Shown piece by piece: positions 1 through 16,146 of a stretch of 64,000 bases of DNA. The notes beneath the pieces are model-generated. The model saw nothing but the letters and a program-made list of their open reading frames with translations. It was not told the DNA's origin and searched no databases. The DNA lies in the NCBI RefSeq assembly GCF_009914755.1, contig NC_060926.1; one strand, 5' to 3'. This DNA comes from the human T2T-CHM13v2.0 reference genome, Homo sapiens. A program made the translations under genes and the position numbers. The stretch's first letter is position 1; each line of letters opens with the position of its first letter.

Positions 1-9
1 ACTCCATCT

Positions 10-40
<31 letters not shown>
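1..40 (+). mobile_element. Alu 3' end with A30 tail (cut by window edge)
   Basis: actccatctc followed by poly(A). Confidence 0.85.
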
Positions 41-43
<3 letters not shown>

Positions 44-88
44 ATCAGTTGAGTGAAGTATTTTCTTTTGTAAAAGATGTGTAATATT

Positions 89-401
<313 letters not shown>

Positions 402-611
402 CTAGACTTGTGTTTTTTAACGTTTTAGTTTTAGACTGTCGCAGATCTTATAAACACCTATTGGTTTATGTAAATATAAGATACCTATGCTGCCAATAAG
501 GAAACTGTTTCTTAGCACTGTCTTGAAAATCTCAGGGTATTATATTTGAAATCTTGAGGTCATGTTTTTGTTTTTTATTATTGCAAGATGTGTGTGTGTG
601 TATATATATAT

Positions 612-1530
<919 letters not shown>

Positions 1531-1833
1531 AAGTTATGCCGTTTAACATCTGTAGGTTCATCCAGTAGCGTGGTAGACATGGTTGTTGTCTATCCAAATA
1601 ATCTCACTCTTCTTTTCAAGTGTTAGAAAAACTGCTGTCACAAAATTTTCTTTAGCATTTTTCTACTCAGCCTTCCTGGACTTCTTGTAGAAATGTGTCA
1701 ACTTAGATAAATTATATTTTAATTATCAAAAAATTATTCTCAGTTAAGGAAATGGCCATTGGTTTATTTTTCCCTACAATGTTTTAGACTAGGACTTTAT
1801 AGTATCACTTTGTTTTCTGTATGCTGTGTAATG

Positions 1834-2140
1834 TAGTTGGCCCTCTGTATCCATGGGTTCTACATCCACAGATTCAGCCAACCATGGGTTGAAAATATTT
1901 GGGGAAAAAAATTGTCTGTTATACTGAATATATGCAGACTTTTGTCATTATTTTCTAAACAATACAACAACTATTTACATAGCATTCACATCATATTATG
2001 AGTAATCTAGAGATGATTCAAAATATACAGGTTATATGTGAATACTATGCCATTTTGTATCAGGAAATTGAGCATCCATGGATTTGGGTATCTGAGGAAG
2101 GTGTTCCTAAAATCAGTCCCCCGTGGATACAGGACAACTA
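1834..2140 (-). mobile_element. MER2 (TcMar-Tigger) DNA transposon
   Basis: ends tagttggccctctgtatccatggg and ccccgtggatacaggacaacta form the inverted termini; interior matches my recall of MER2. Confidence 0.8.
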
Positions 2141-2286
2141 TATAACAAAAACAATTGTATATAATGAGACTAAAACTTTGAAGTAGTCATTTTTGTCTTG
2201 TTTTTATTGTATCACGTTAATAATCCACTTTTGTATGACTATACAGAAAATACGTATGACTTAACTTTTGTCTTGTGTTTCAACAG

Positions 2287-2410
2287 AAGGAGAATATATT
2301 AAAATGTTTATGCGCGGTCGGCCAATTACCATGTTCATTCCTTCCGATGTTGACAACTATGATGACATCAGAACGGAACTGCCTCCTGAGAAGCTCAAAC
2401 TGGAGTGGGC
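2287..2410 (+). CDS. EML4: EML4 exon 7 (124 nt), start of HELP motif
   Basis: caacag acceptor; reads (E)GEYIKMFMRGRPITMFIPSDVDNYDDIRTELPPEKLKLEW(A); followed by U12-type donor GTATCCTT. Confidence 0.97.
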
Positions 2411-2548
2411 GTATCCTTCTCTACCATGACAGCAAATTCATTTGCTTTGTCTCTAGTTAACAAATCAGTTAACGTATTCTCTGTCAAAATTGTCTTTATA
2501 CAAAAAAAAAAAGTAACAGCTACTTAAAAAATTAAAAAGGAAACATCA

Positions 2549-2885
<337 letters not shown>

Positions 2886-3852
2886 TTAAAGCCATCAAAG
2901 TTTATATCTTTGGAAAGGATAAACAATATTTTTTGAACATCATGGCAAGTACTTGCTAGAAAAGGCACTAGACTGGAACTGGAAGACTAGTGTTTGAGTT
3001 TTGGCCCTGCCACTTACTCTCCGTGAACCTTAACTTTCTTTACTTATAAAAGGGGTTAATTAATAACCCATACCTCACAGGGGCTGTTGTAGGAATTAAA
3101 TAAGAAAACATCAGTTAAGCATTTTGTAACCTCAAATTAACAAGGCTGATTCTAATTCAGAATTAACTTTTCAGCCAGACTTTTTTTTAAATGACTGTTA
3201 AAGGAGAGCTTTCCTAATTTCACCTAGAAATTTTCACTTCTTTTAGAACCTCCAAGAAACTCAGTGAAACAGAAGGAGTTGGTAGTTTGAACTCTGTTGT
3301 CTGCCTCCATTCTCCTGCACTTCCTCCCACGTCCCTTGAATTATTCCCTTCTTAGGCAGATATCAGCTTGGACACACTCACCAATCCTTTCATTCTGTAC
3401 AACATATTTTTAACAAACATTCTGCCTACCAAACTGTTCCTTGCTATTACTTATTTATCATTTAGGTCCAGCATAAATATCCCTTTTCCAGATAGGCCTT
3501 CTTTTGGTCCCTCCCTTCTCTCTCTTTTTCTCTCCATCTAAATTAGGTCCTCCATTTGGGCTTTCTCCTAGCAGTCTTTTTTTTACCCCCCCACGATTTG
3601 TAATTTTATATTTGGTGATTTTTTTTTTTCTTTGCCAGAGGATAAGCTCTAGAGACATAGGGCCTACATTTTTTTTGTTCAGAACTGAATGTTCACCATT
3701 ATGCCTGATACACATTAGGATTTCAATACATATTTGTCTGGTAAATGAGGAAACTAAGATCTTAACATACTGAAAGAGTCAGGTTACGCTAGGGATAATG
3801 GCAGGATATGAGTTTTCCTTTTTTTTGGTGGAGGGGTGGGGGTGGGCGGCAG

Positions 3853-4130
3853 CAGGGTCTCTGTGGCCCAGGCTGGAGTGCAGTGGCACGATCACTGCTC
3901 ACTGTAGCCTTGACCTGACCTCCTGGGCTCAAGTGATTCTCCCACCTCAGACTCCCAAGTAGCTGGAACTACAGGCACAGGCCACCATGCCTGGCTAATT
4001 TTTTTTATTTTCTGTCGAGATGGGGTCTCACTATTGCCCGCACTACTCTCAAACTCCTGGACTGAAGTGATCCTCCCACCTTGGCCTCCTGAAGGGCTAG
4101 GATTACACGTGTGAGCACTCTGCCCGTCCA
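3853..4130 (-). mobile_element. AluJ
   Basis: diverged antisense Alu. Confidence 0.85.
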
Positions 4131-4260
4131 GGACATGAGTTTTCTAGTTCTAGTTCAGTCTTCTTCATTGTACCTTCCTAATTCCTTAAGTATCCATGAA
4201 AAATCTGTTAACAACTTGAAAACTGTGTTTATTTAAAACCTTGACTCTTTTTCTGTTAAG

Positions 4261-4410
4261 ATATGGTTATCGAGGAAAGGACTGTAGAGCTAATGTTTAC
4301 CTTCTTCCGACCGGGGAAATAGTTTATTTCATTGCATCAGTAGTAGTACTATTTAATTATGAGGAGAGAACTCAGCGACACTACCTGGGCCATACAGACT
4401 GTGTGAAATG
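4261..4410 (+). CDS. EML4: EML4 exon 8 (150 nt), HELP motif
   Basis: ttaag acceptor; YGYRGKDCRANVYLLPTGEIVYFIASVVVLFNYEERTQRHYLGHTDCVK; donor gttggt. Confidence 0.97.
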
Positions 4411-6071
4411 GTTGGTATCATTTAACATTGGTTCATTTTTGTTCTTTCAGGCCCTCATTTTGTATTTTTTAAATTTGGGTTTTATTGAAAGTGATTTCTT
4501 GTGGAAAGCTCAGAATGTAAAAATATTATGGGTCATCTGTTGAATATATTTTAAAAAGAAAAAAAGGACTTTCGGCCTCCAAAATGGTGGTGTGGTATCA
4601 GCAGCAACAAAACACATCCTCCATAAATCATGATTGGAACCTCTTCTGCTTTCTCATGTCGTACAGTCCTTCTCTTCTCTGGTCTGTAGTGTGAAACATA
4701 TATGGGACAGACTGGACATTTTCAGGTTTCTGAAAGTGATTATTGGTTACTCGATATTTATTGAGGATTTGTCCTATGTAGATAAATTTTATACTTGAAG
4801 CTTTATTCTTTTGGGAAGAAAGAAATCTAGCTGAATAAGGATCATAAGTATGCCGTAGGATGTCATACTACAAATGTGAGAACTCCTTTTAAATGCTTTT
4901 AAATTATTTTGTTACTTTTTAGTTAAATGCAATTATTTATTGTTTATTATTATTTTCCAACTTTTATTTTTTATTTATTACCCTTTTCCCCACTTAGATC
5001 CAAGGACTGACTGGATGTTTTCCAACATTTAAAAGCTTTTATGTCTGTACTATGCTGGCACCTGTATCTTTATCCAGAAAAAAATTAATAGATGACTATT
5101 ATAATATTATATAGATATTGAACTTTTGGAGTTGATTAAAATATTGCCTTTTACACTTGCAGAATAATGTATGTACAAAACTATTTACTGCAGCATTGTT
5201 TGTGATGAAGATTAGAAACAGCCTAAGTATTTTTCAGTTGGGGACTACTGGTGAGGTTGTAGTGTACCTATAGGTCACCATGTAGCTGTAAAGAATGAGG
5301 AAGCACTTTATGTATTAATATGTAAATATCCCTCTGATGTGTTCTTAAGTACAAATATTTAAGAGCAAGAGAATGTTCACAGTGTACAACCGTTGTTGAA
5401 AGAGTCTAGATATGGACATAAAGATGTCTTTTTCAGAAATTTGCTAGTCACTCATATACGTGCTGTGAGTAATTTAGGCACATATGCTACGCTACTTCCC
5501 ATTTCTATTTAAAAATTCCTTGCCTCAGTTTGACTTACAAGAATTTAGCGCTAAGAACTAATTAAAAGATTGAAAGCACTATGTGTGAAGATGCTCATTG
5601 CTGTTTTCTTTTGTTGAAAAGTAAGAAATGGCCTAAAAGATGGAAGAGTTGTCAAGTCAGCATGTATGAGGATTATGTAGCAAAAGGAAAAAATGCTTGT
5701 ACTTTAATAGATTAAAATTAAACAGCACAATATTGCATCTTCACTATAATAAAGTCGTGTGATTTGTATGCCATTGTGCGTGGACTAGAAAGGAACTTCA
5801 GCAAATGAAAACAGTTCGTTAGCATGCCACAGTTATAAATATTTTCTTTGAACTTAGTGTTTCATTAATCTGTGCAGCTTAACAAGTAAAAAGTACAGCT
5901 GAAAATTCAGAAATCTTCAGATATTTGATGATTGTTTGATTTGCTGAAGAAAACAGATAAACGTATGTTTTTTAACGATTAAAAACTGCTTATTTGAAAA
6001 ATGTCAGTACAAAGGTATTCTGTTGTTTCATGTTTCCTGTGTTTAAAATCATTCTTAATACTGCTTTTTAG

Positions 6072-6141
6072 CCTTGCTATACATCCTGACAAAATTAGGA
6101 TTGCAACTGGACAGATAGCTGGCGTGGATAAAGATGGAAGG
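6072..6141 (+). CDS. EML4: EML4 exon 9 (70 nt)
   Basis: tttag acceptor; LAIHPDKIRIATGQIAGVDKDGR; donor gtgagt. Confidence 0.97.
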
Positions 6142-6529
6142 GTGAGTGGCATAGTGTTATGCCTTCTGTACCTAGAGACATTGCTGTTAGAGTGGAATCT
6201 ATTGTAATTTTAACCACAACTCATTTGTTTTATTCTTTTAAAATTTAAGTACTGAGGAATTTCTAGTATAAGCATGGAAAAAACATTAGGATATAAGAAC
6301 ACTTTAAAAGACAGAGTCATACTAATAAATTTTGTTTTTAAAAAATAAGTGTTCTCCCTTAAGAAGCTATTTACTGTAAAAATGGGAAAACTGATACGCT
6401 CGTTACATTTTCTTTATATAAAATAACATATAAAGTAACCAGTGTCTGCGGGAAGGTACTGCAGTTTCCCTTAGTTGATGAACCTGTTGATTCTTATTTA
6501 CTTTCTTAATTAATTAATTAATTAATTAT

Positions 6530-6650
6530 AGGGGTGGAATCTCACTTCGTTGCCCAGGCTGGGCTCAAACTCCTGGGCTCAAGTGATCCTCCAGCCTTGG
6601 CCTCTTGAGTGAGTAGCTGGACTACAGGTGTGTGCCACCATGCCCGGCTA
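6530..6650 (-). mobile_element. Alu monomer fragment preceded by (TTAA)n
   Basis: gttgcccaggctgg...ccaccatgcccggcta. Confidence 0.75.
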
Positions 6651-7009
6651 ACTCTTGATTTTATGTGTGACTAGAACTGATACAACTTAAAGAGTTACAG
6701 TTACTATTTAATATTATTCAGTTGGTTTGTATAACAAATACCTTATTTCTAAGGATCAACAGTGACTATTAATGGTGACTGAGTAACGTATGTATGACTA
6801 TACTCATGACATTCTCAGGCTTCAGTTTCTTTAAAGAAAAGGAGTAGAAGGTTTCTACTGGATAACTTCTAAGACCCCTTCCAGTTTCAAATGCTATTTA
6901 AGGGCTGTTTAGCAGTTTATTGGACATTGATAAAACGTGTTATTTTCTCAGGAATGAAGATTAGTAATACTAAAAGCAAAAGTATCCGGAGCAGATTTGC
7001 CTGGATTAG

Positions 7010-7336
<327 letters not shown>

Positions 7337-7344
7337 GACTCAAC

Positions 7345-7505
7345 CTTTTAATAGCGGTATCACTTTGGGCAAGTTATTTAAATCTCTGTATTCCAATTTC
7401 TTCATCTGTTAAATGATAATTATAATAGTGTACCTGTAGTGCATAGGATTAAATGAATTAATATGTGTAATACTTAGAATAGTATGTGTAACATAGTAAA
7501 TACAC
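7345..7505. mobile_element. MIR
   Basis: ctttgggcaagttatttaaatctctgt...tttcttcatctgttaaatg core. Confidence 0.7.
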
Positions 7506-7706
7506 AAGTTATTTGCTGCTATTTTCTTATTTTCACAGTATAAGAAAATACCTACTTAAGATTCATTTGGAGGCATGTCTAAATCTAGTAATTTATTAGA
7601 AGCTTATCCATCCCTATTACTTTTTTAAATGGCATTAGTTCTGTGTGCTATTGGTGTTTATTTGCATCCACCTGTCCAGTTGCTCTGCTGTCTTGTGTTT
7701 TTGCAG

Positions 7707-7817
7707 CCTCTACAACCCCACGTCAGAGTGTGGGATTCTGTTACTCTATCCACACTGCAGATTATTGGACTTGGCACTTTTGAGCGTGGAGTAGGATGCC
7801 TGGATTTTTCAAAAGCA
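7707..7817 (+). CDS. EML4: EML4 exon 10 (111 nt)
   Basis: ttgcag acceptor; PLQPHVRVWDSVTLSTLQIIGLGTFERGVGCLDFSKA; donor gtaagt. Confidence 0.97.
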
Positions 7818-8547
7818 GTAAGTAACAATTTTTAGAGAAGTAAGCAAGCTGAACAAAAAAGCAGGAAAGAAGTTAAGCTCAGTTTTGTGTTTATGTGGCC
7901 ATGAAGTGATAATCCTGAGTTGAAAAATGAGATGCTAGCTATTGCTAACATATTAGGTATTGCTAAATGGCTAGCATTTTGACCTAAGTCCTAAAGTACT
8001 TTGGTTTAGTTAGGATGCAAGATATTTTACTTTAATTATTCTTGGAATTATGCTGCCTTGAGGTAGAGCTCCCATGTAGTAGCAGGAAGTGGTTAGAGGA
8101 ATATATACAAAGCATAGTACAATTTCAGACAAGCAATAGGATGCATTTTTGCCTTACCTTGAATCATAGAAAAGATCTATTTTATTTTAAAAATTCACAG
8201 CAAACTTGGCCAGTTCTGTACAAATATTGGCTTTTCTTGATGTCATATTTGAGCAGCAGAAACAATCAGACCTTTGTATTTCCTGAAGTCCTGAATTATC
8301 TTGGTTTTGAATTGATGACAACATGGGTTTAAAATTTTCCCCAGCAGTCCTTTCTAAGTGTTGAGGCTTTATTCTAAGGGTAAAATAAGACAAGATCTTA
8401 CTCATTTAAACATTCTGGTTTTTTCTTGAATTGTATGTAATTATGATTATAAAGTATACAGTCAACCTTCTATATTTTAGGATACATACTTTTTTAGTTT
8501 CAAAGATAAATACCCCTGTAGATTTTATGTGACTTCAGTTATATATT

Positions 8548-8671
8548 CATATTATCTCTTCAGTTCTTAGCCATTGGCAACTGTATTCTGGATTATGGGA
8601 GTTTTGTGGGACATGGAGGAAAGGACACTTTTAGAGCAGAAAGATAAATTTTAGTGAATTTAGGAACTTTG
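8548..8671 (+). repeat. 124-bp segment (putative donor copy) duplicated at 13495-13618
   Basis: ungapped manual alignment, 119/124 identical. Confidence 0.95.
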
Positions 8672-9664
8672 CTAGCTTGAAGGCACTGAATGTCAAGGGT
8701 CCAACAAGTCAGGAATTGGGAGAAGGACATTTAGAAAAGGAGATAAGAGGTCATAAAGGCAATACTTTTGCTACTTTATTTTCTCCCATAAATCTCTATA
8801 GCAGGAACTGTTGTCAGGTTGTTGATAACCATTGTTACGGTGTTAAGACCATCTTGAATTGCCTCATAACTCTATCTTTTCTAATTCAGATAATATTCCA
8901 ATTTAGGCTAAGAGATAAAGAGGAGAAGAGAGTAAGCTCTGCCCTTTCTCAGTGCCTCTCACTCTTCACTACAATGTTTCTCTGTTCCATAACATTGTAA
9001 AGCATATTTCACAAATGATACTATTTTTAAAAAGCATTTAATATCATCTATAGGTATTTTTCTTAAACTGGAATACTTAAAATACGTGAATGAGAATGGT
9101 TTCAGAAAAACAGGAAATTTCATTATAAAAAAGGAATTTCATTATAATTTTACTTAGGTTGTTTATTCAAGTTAATGTAAGTCAGGTATCTCACAGAAAA
9201 CTGAAATCAGCAAACTCTAAAATAGCCATGAATTTTAGCTTATTCTGTCAAACTGTCAAAATTTAGTGAGGAACAAAGTTATGAAATTGTGTACATTTCT
9301 TCTTACCTACCACAAGGAAAAATAGCTTAATACAGGCAGCAAGAAGGAAGCATAAGATGCAGAAGGGACTAGGATAGCCTCAAAATTAGTCACTATCTCT
9401 GAATAATAGGAGTGACTAGATGGCAAGTGGAAATAACCTGGAGGGATGAGGGGATTTAAATAGAATATTTTGTAAAAGAATCTTTATATTTTTGAGGAAA
9501 ATACAATTGTAGTAAATAGTGTATTCATTATGTTTCAGAGAGCGATGAGTTTAAAGGATTTTGGGTTATCTTACTATTTGCAGTTTTAATAAGATGGTAT
9601 TTCTTTCTTAGAATGTTAGCCCTATCAGTGAATTTTAAAATGCCTCTGATTGACTTTTCTTTAG

Positions 9665-9760
9665 GATTCAGGTGTTCATTTATGTGTTATTGATGACTCC
9701 AATGAGCATATGCTTACTGTATGGGACTGGCAGAAGAAAGCAAAAGGAGCAGAAATAAAG
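9665..9760 (+). CDS. EML4: EML4 exon 11 (96 nt)
   Basis: tttag acceptor; DSGVHLCVIDDSNEHMLTVWDWQKKAKGAEIK; donor gtaaat. Confidence 0.97.
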
Positions 9761-11220
9761 GTAAATTTTTAAAAAACCGAGTATTGTGTTTTAGAGTATG
9801 TTACTTGTTTTGCAGGTATTTGGAACTATATTGGTATTAGAACTATCTATTCGTAAGTCGCAAAAGCAGATCTACTAGCCAAATTCAGCAAATTTAGTGA
9901 TTTGTCATAATCGTTAAGATATTAACACTATAGTTATACAAGATAAAATAGTCAAGCAGCTTGAAGCAATTTCAATATTTCAGACATTACTATAGTCCTG
10001 AAATGCCAGAGTAGATGGATGTGTGATCTCATAATTAAGACTGAACACACTTCTTGGTTTTCTTCTTTAATAAAACATGTAATTTCATTCCATCTTTAAA
10101 GCTTTAGAAATCTAGAGGAAAAATTCAGTAGGAATACGACTGATGTAACTGAAGGGCTTATGTTAAGTTTTTTGGTCTTAATTGTGTTTGTAGGATTATT
10201 TTAGAAAATTCAATAGCATTTATAATTGCTATAATTGCATTATAACTCTTTACAGTACAAGGGTTGATCTCTGTGTAGATCAAGCTGTACGTTGTAAGAG
10301 AAGAATGTAAAATGCATTGAAGCTGGGTTTATATGAGCCAGAAATGGACTTCTCCCTCTGACAGGCATTTAAAAAGATTCAAAGTGATAGAATGGCTTTA
10401 AAAAGTCTGTGTAATATTTGCCATACTCTTAAATAACATCACATTACTCTCCAACTCCTCTCTTAACAGTTTTGTTTTGAGTAAGCTTCAAGCTTTTAGC
10501 TTATTGGGCAGAAAGATGATGTGATGTTTAACTTAACATTTTGAAAGAAGTAGATTTGATTGTACTTAAAAGGAATATAAGTTGTCAGAAAACCTCAAAC
10601 TTTAAAAAACATAAATGAAGATATAGATTGACTTCCAGTTATTCAGAGTAATTTAACATTGAAACATAGCGAAGTTGCATGAAAATGAAATATATCAATT
10701 TTGATTCTTCATAGTAAGGTTTACCAGATGAAGTCTTGTGGTTTTCCTCCTACTGGCGATTTCTCGATCTCCTTTCCAGGACTTTAAATGTTGGTGTTCT
10801 TCAGAGTTTTATTCCACATGCTCCACTGATACTATATGCTGCTCCCATGGCCTCATTTTCTATCTGCTGAGTCCCGTATCAGTTATCTCCAGCCCAGATC
10901 TCTTAACAGGTTTAACTCATATTTCTAGTTGCATCCTAGACATCTTTATTTGAATGTCCTCTACCACAAATGAAAATCACCATGTTCAAATCTGTACATA
11001 ATCATCTTTCCTAGCCCCCAACCACCAGTTTCATCCCTTAGTGATTGACTCCGCATTTCACCTAGCTACCTAAGCTAGAAACTTGGACATCATTCATGGC
11101 TCTTTTTACCTCACTTCTCACATCCAGGTAGTCAGGAAGTTCTCTAAACACCGTGTCCCAAATATCTGCATTATAGCACTTTGTAGTACAAGCGACTGCA
11201 AAACAATTGAAATTAACTTA

Positions 11221-11580
<360 letters not shown>

Positions 11581-11880
11581 TTAGGGAGGAAGAGAAAACC
11601 TCTAGTAAAGGTCAGAGGGAGATTTTGACTCAGAAATGACTTGATTCAGGGGCCGGATTACGGGTTGACTGTCTCTCCTCTTCTCCCTGTCTTGACCTTA
11701 TTCTGTTCTACTATAGATGAGCTCCATCCTTGCTTAAGTCACAAGGATTTGGGGAGTTGATATATAACTTTTTAATTTATGTAAATTTAAAATTCAGTAA
11801 GGCGAGGGCAGCACAGATGACCCGAGCTTGTGGGACCTCTCATGAAAAAAAATAAAAAATTAACATTAAAATTCAGTAAG

Positions 11881-12200
<320 letters not shown>

Positions 12201-12835
12201 TAAAATTCAGTAAGGCAACTTAAAAACCTTACTGACAGAAATTAAAGAGGAGGGATGTTACATAATCATGGATAGGAGACGATGAAGACGTCACTTTTGC
12301 ATATTGAGCTATATATACATTCAGCAGAGTCAAAACTCAGCTTTCATAGGAGTTGACAAACTGAATATATGTGGAAATATGAAGGGGAAGAAATAGGGAA
12401 TAGCCACAATTGTAAAGAAAAAGAATAAGGTCAAAGCACATAAAATATAAAATATCAAGACTTATGTAATTAAGACATTGTGATACAAACATAGATCAGT
12501 GGAAGAGAATATAGAAACAGGTTACACAAATCAGTTGCTTGACTTATGCCAAAGGTGGCGATGCAGTAGGCGCAGAATAATGTTTTCAGTGAATGGTGCT
12601 GGCTTAATTGGATACTCATATGAAAAAAAAATTACCTTGACCCCTCCCTCACAGCATTCAGAAAAATCAGTTTTAGATGGATTATGCATCTTAGCATGAA
12701 AGGTAAAAAACAGTAAAGCTTTTAGAAGAAAATACAGAACACCTTTATAAGTAGATTTCTTAAGGCATATAAAGTACTAACCATAATGGGAGAAAAAGAT
12801 AAATCATGTTAAAAACTTCTCTTTATCAAGACACC

Positions 12836-13163
<328 letters not shown>

Positions 13164-13494
13164 TGAGAAAATATTTGTGATACATACTTCCAACAAAACA
13201 CTCATATTCTGAATATATAAGCATCTATAGTTCAGTAAGAAAAAGACAGTTTTTTAAACAGCAAAAGACTTCCGGCACTACATAAAACAGGGTGTCCAGG
13301 TGATTAATAAGCATATGTAAAGGTACACAACCTCATTAATTATCAAAGAAATTCAAATTAAAACCCAAGTGCAATACCACTATGCACCTACCAAAATATC
13401 TTACGTGAAAAAGACAAAAATACTAAGGTTGCTGAGGAGGCAAAGTAACTGGAACTCTCACACAGTGCTGCTGGGCATGTAAGTTGATAATAGC

Positions 13495-13660
13495 CATATT
13501 ATCTCTTCAGTTCTTAGGCGTTGGCAACTGTATTCTGAATTATAGGAGTTTTGTGGGACATGGAGGAAAGGACACTTTTAGAGCAGAAAGATAAATTTTA
13601 GTGTATTTAGGAACTTTGTGAATTGTTCCTTAGTGAATTTAGGAACAATTTAGTGAATTT
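13495..13660 (+). repeat. Inserted copy of 8548-8671 plus 42-bp patchwork tail
   Basis: see finding; interrupts L1-like sequence. Confidence 0.9.
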
Positions 13661-14544
13661 CAGAAAACTATTTGACATAACCTAAAGTCGAACATATGCA
13701 TGCTTTCTGGCCCAAATTGTTCATCTCGGCAGAAATATATACATGTGTTTGCTAGAAGGCAAATAGCAGTGCTGTTTATGGTAGCCAAAAACATGGAAAC
13801 TACCCTGCCCATCAGCAGGAGAATGGTTAAGTCAATAATGTGATATTTTCATACAAAAGATTACAATAGAGCAAATAGAATGAACAAGGTACACCTATAT
13901 GCACCAACACAAATGGATTTTAGAAATGAAATGTTGACAAAATAACCCAGACATGAAGGAATGCATTGTGTATAATTCCATTTGAATGAAACGGAGAAAA
14001 ATAATCTTTGCTGCTAAGAGTCAGGATGATGGTTAAATAGAGGAAGGGGATAGTGACTGGAAAGGGGATCTAGGGTATTTATGGAAGGTTAGTAATGTTT
14101 TGTTTCTTGTTCTGAATGCTGAATAGCGATGTTTTCAATTTATAAAACTTTATTGAGCTATGTACTTAAAATCTGTGTGCATATATATATGTATATAAAA
14201 TATATATCAATAAAAAGTTAAAAGGATATATCCTGTAAGGCAATACTCATACGCAAAGTGATTTAAACTCATAGATTTCTTCAGTTTATATCTTGACTGT
14301 CTTATCACTAGCATGATGGGTATGCTGGGAATATTTGTAGTTAGTTTTACAACCCTTTGATTATCTTAATTTGGCCTAAGATTTAACTGTCATGTAGTTT
14401 TGATTTGTCTGAGTGAAAACTAAAGACTGTTCAGTCAATCTTTAAACTTTACTTAGACTTGCTAAATATGTATATAGTTCTATACTACTGCATCACTGTG
14501 GAAAATTACGTAACAAGCAAGATGTGCTGTACTTTATCTTCAAC

Positions 14545-14836
14545 TTTTTTTTTTTTCTTTTTTTGGTCAGGGTCTCACGCGTCACCCAGGCTGGAGTGCA
14601 GTGGCTTAATCACAGCTCACTGCAACCTCAAACTCCTGGGCTCAAATGAATCCTCCAGCCTCAGCCTCCCAAGTAGCTAAAACTACAGCGCGCACCGCCA
14701 CGCCGGCTAATTTACTTTTTGTAGAGACAGGTCTCACTATGTTGCACAGTTGATCTCTAACTCCTGGCCTCAGCAGTCCTCCCACCTTGGCCACCCAAAG
14801 CATTGAGATTACAGGCATAAGCCACAACACCTGGCC
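14545..14836 (-). mobile_element. AluJ
   Basis: diverged antisense dimer. Confidence 0.87.
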
Positions 14837-15050
14837 TAGATTAGATTTTATTAGTTGAATTTTATTTATGTGCTTATGCAAAGGCCCTTAAGCCCAAATG
14901 TTAAGTAACAGAAATGTAAAACTCATGGAAATATTGGAACTGTGAGGGAAAAAAAAGAATTTACAACAACCGTTTCAAGTGTCATTTAATTAGTATAACA
15001 TAAAATTTATTATTTTTAACTCGGTTCATAAGACTATCATCTTTATCTTG

Positions 15051-15344
15051 GTTTTGTTTCGTTTTGAGACAGAGTTTCACTCTGTCACCCAGGCTGGAGC
15101 GCAGTGGTGCAATCTCAGCTCACTGCAGTCTCTGCCTCCCGGGTTCAAGCAATTCTCTGCCTCAGCCTCCCAAGTAGCTGGGATAAAGGCGCCCACCACC
15201 ACGCCCAGCTAATTTTTTGTATTTTTAGTAGAGACGGGGTTTCACCATCTTGGCCAGGCTGATCTTGAACTCCTGACGTCGTGATCCACCCGCCTCAGCC
15301 TCCCAAAATGTTGGGATTACAGGCGTGAGCCACCACGCCCGGCC
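15051..15344 (-). mobile_element. AluS
   Basis: antisense dimer. Confidence 0.9.
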
Positions 15345-15849
15345 CATGTTGTTTTGCCAAAAGGAAATGCTTCCGTACACGTAAAGTTCTTTGCTAAGTT
15401 AAAAAGTAGACATTAATGATCACCCTGTAAATAAACACTAGCTAATAATAAGGAGCTTTACAGGCATGTAGTTAAGTTTCACCTCAGTGTTAAGTTTGAG
15501 TAGATGATTTTACTATAAAATATCAATTTAGTGAGAATTATGATTTACTGAAATTATAGAAATACACTGTTTTAGAATGATATCCTCAATTGAAATCATT
15601 TTAATGAAAAAACTAGTAATTTCTTCTTGAGTCTCATGCTTGTATTCTTCCTAGTCCACCATAAATCTTTTAAACTTAATGCCTGTCTTTGCTAGATTTT
15701 TTGAGGGAAAAGAGCATAAAAGCCCTCTGGGAATGTTTTTGTTTTAATTTCTGTAGGAATCAGTAGTGACCATTCTAAATCTACTTTTTAAGGGTTCAGC
15801 CTGAAGGACATATCTCTAAATTAGTCCTAATCTCTAAACATTTTGTTGA

Positions 15850-16146
15850 GGCTGGGCGCAATGGCTCATGCCTGTAATCCCAGCCCTTTGGGAGGCTGAG
15901 GTGGGCGGATGACTTGAGGTCAGGAGTTCGAGCCCAGCCTAGCCAACATGGTGAAACCATGTCTCTATTGAAAATACAAAACTTAGCTGGGCATGGTGGT
16001 GGGCGCCTGTGGTCCCAGCTACTGGGGAGGCTAAGGCAGGAGAACCACTTGAACTCCGGAGGCAGAGGTTGCCGTGAGCCAAGATCACTCCATTTGCACT
16101 CTAGCCTGGGTGACAGAGCAAGACTGTGTCTTAAAAAAAAAAAAAA
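15850..16146 (+). mobile_element. AluS
   Basis: sense dimer with A-tail. Confidence 0.9.
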
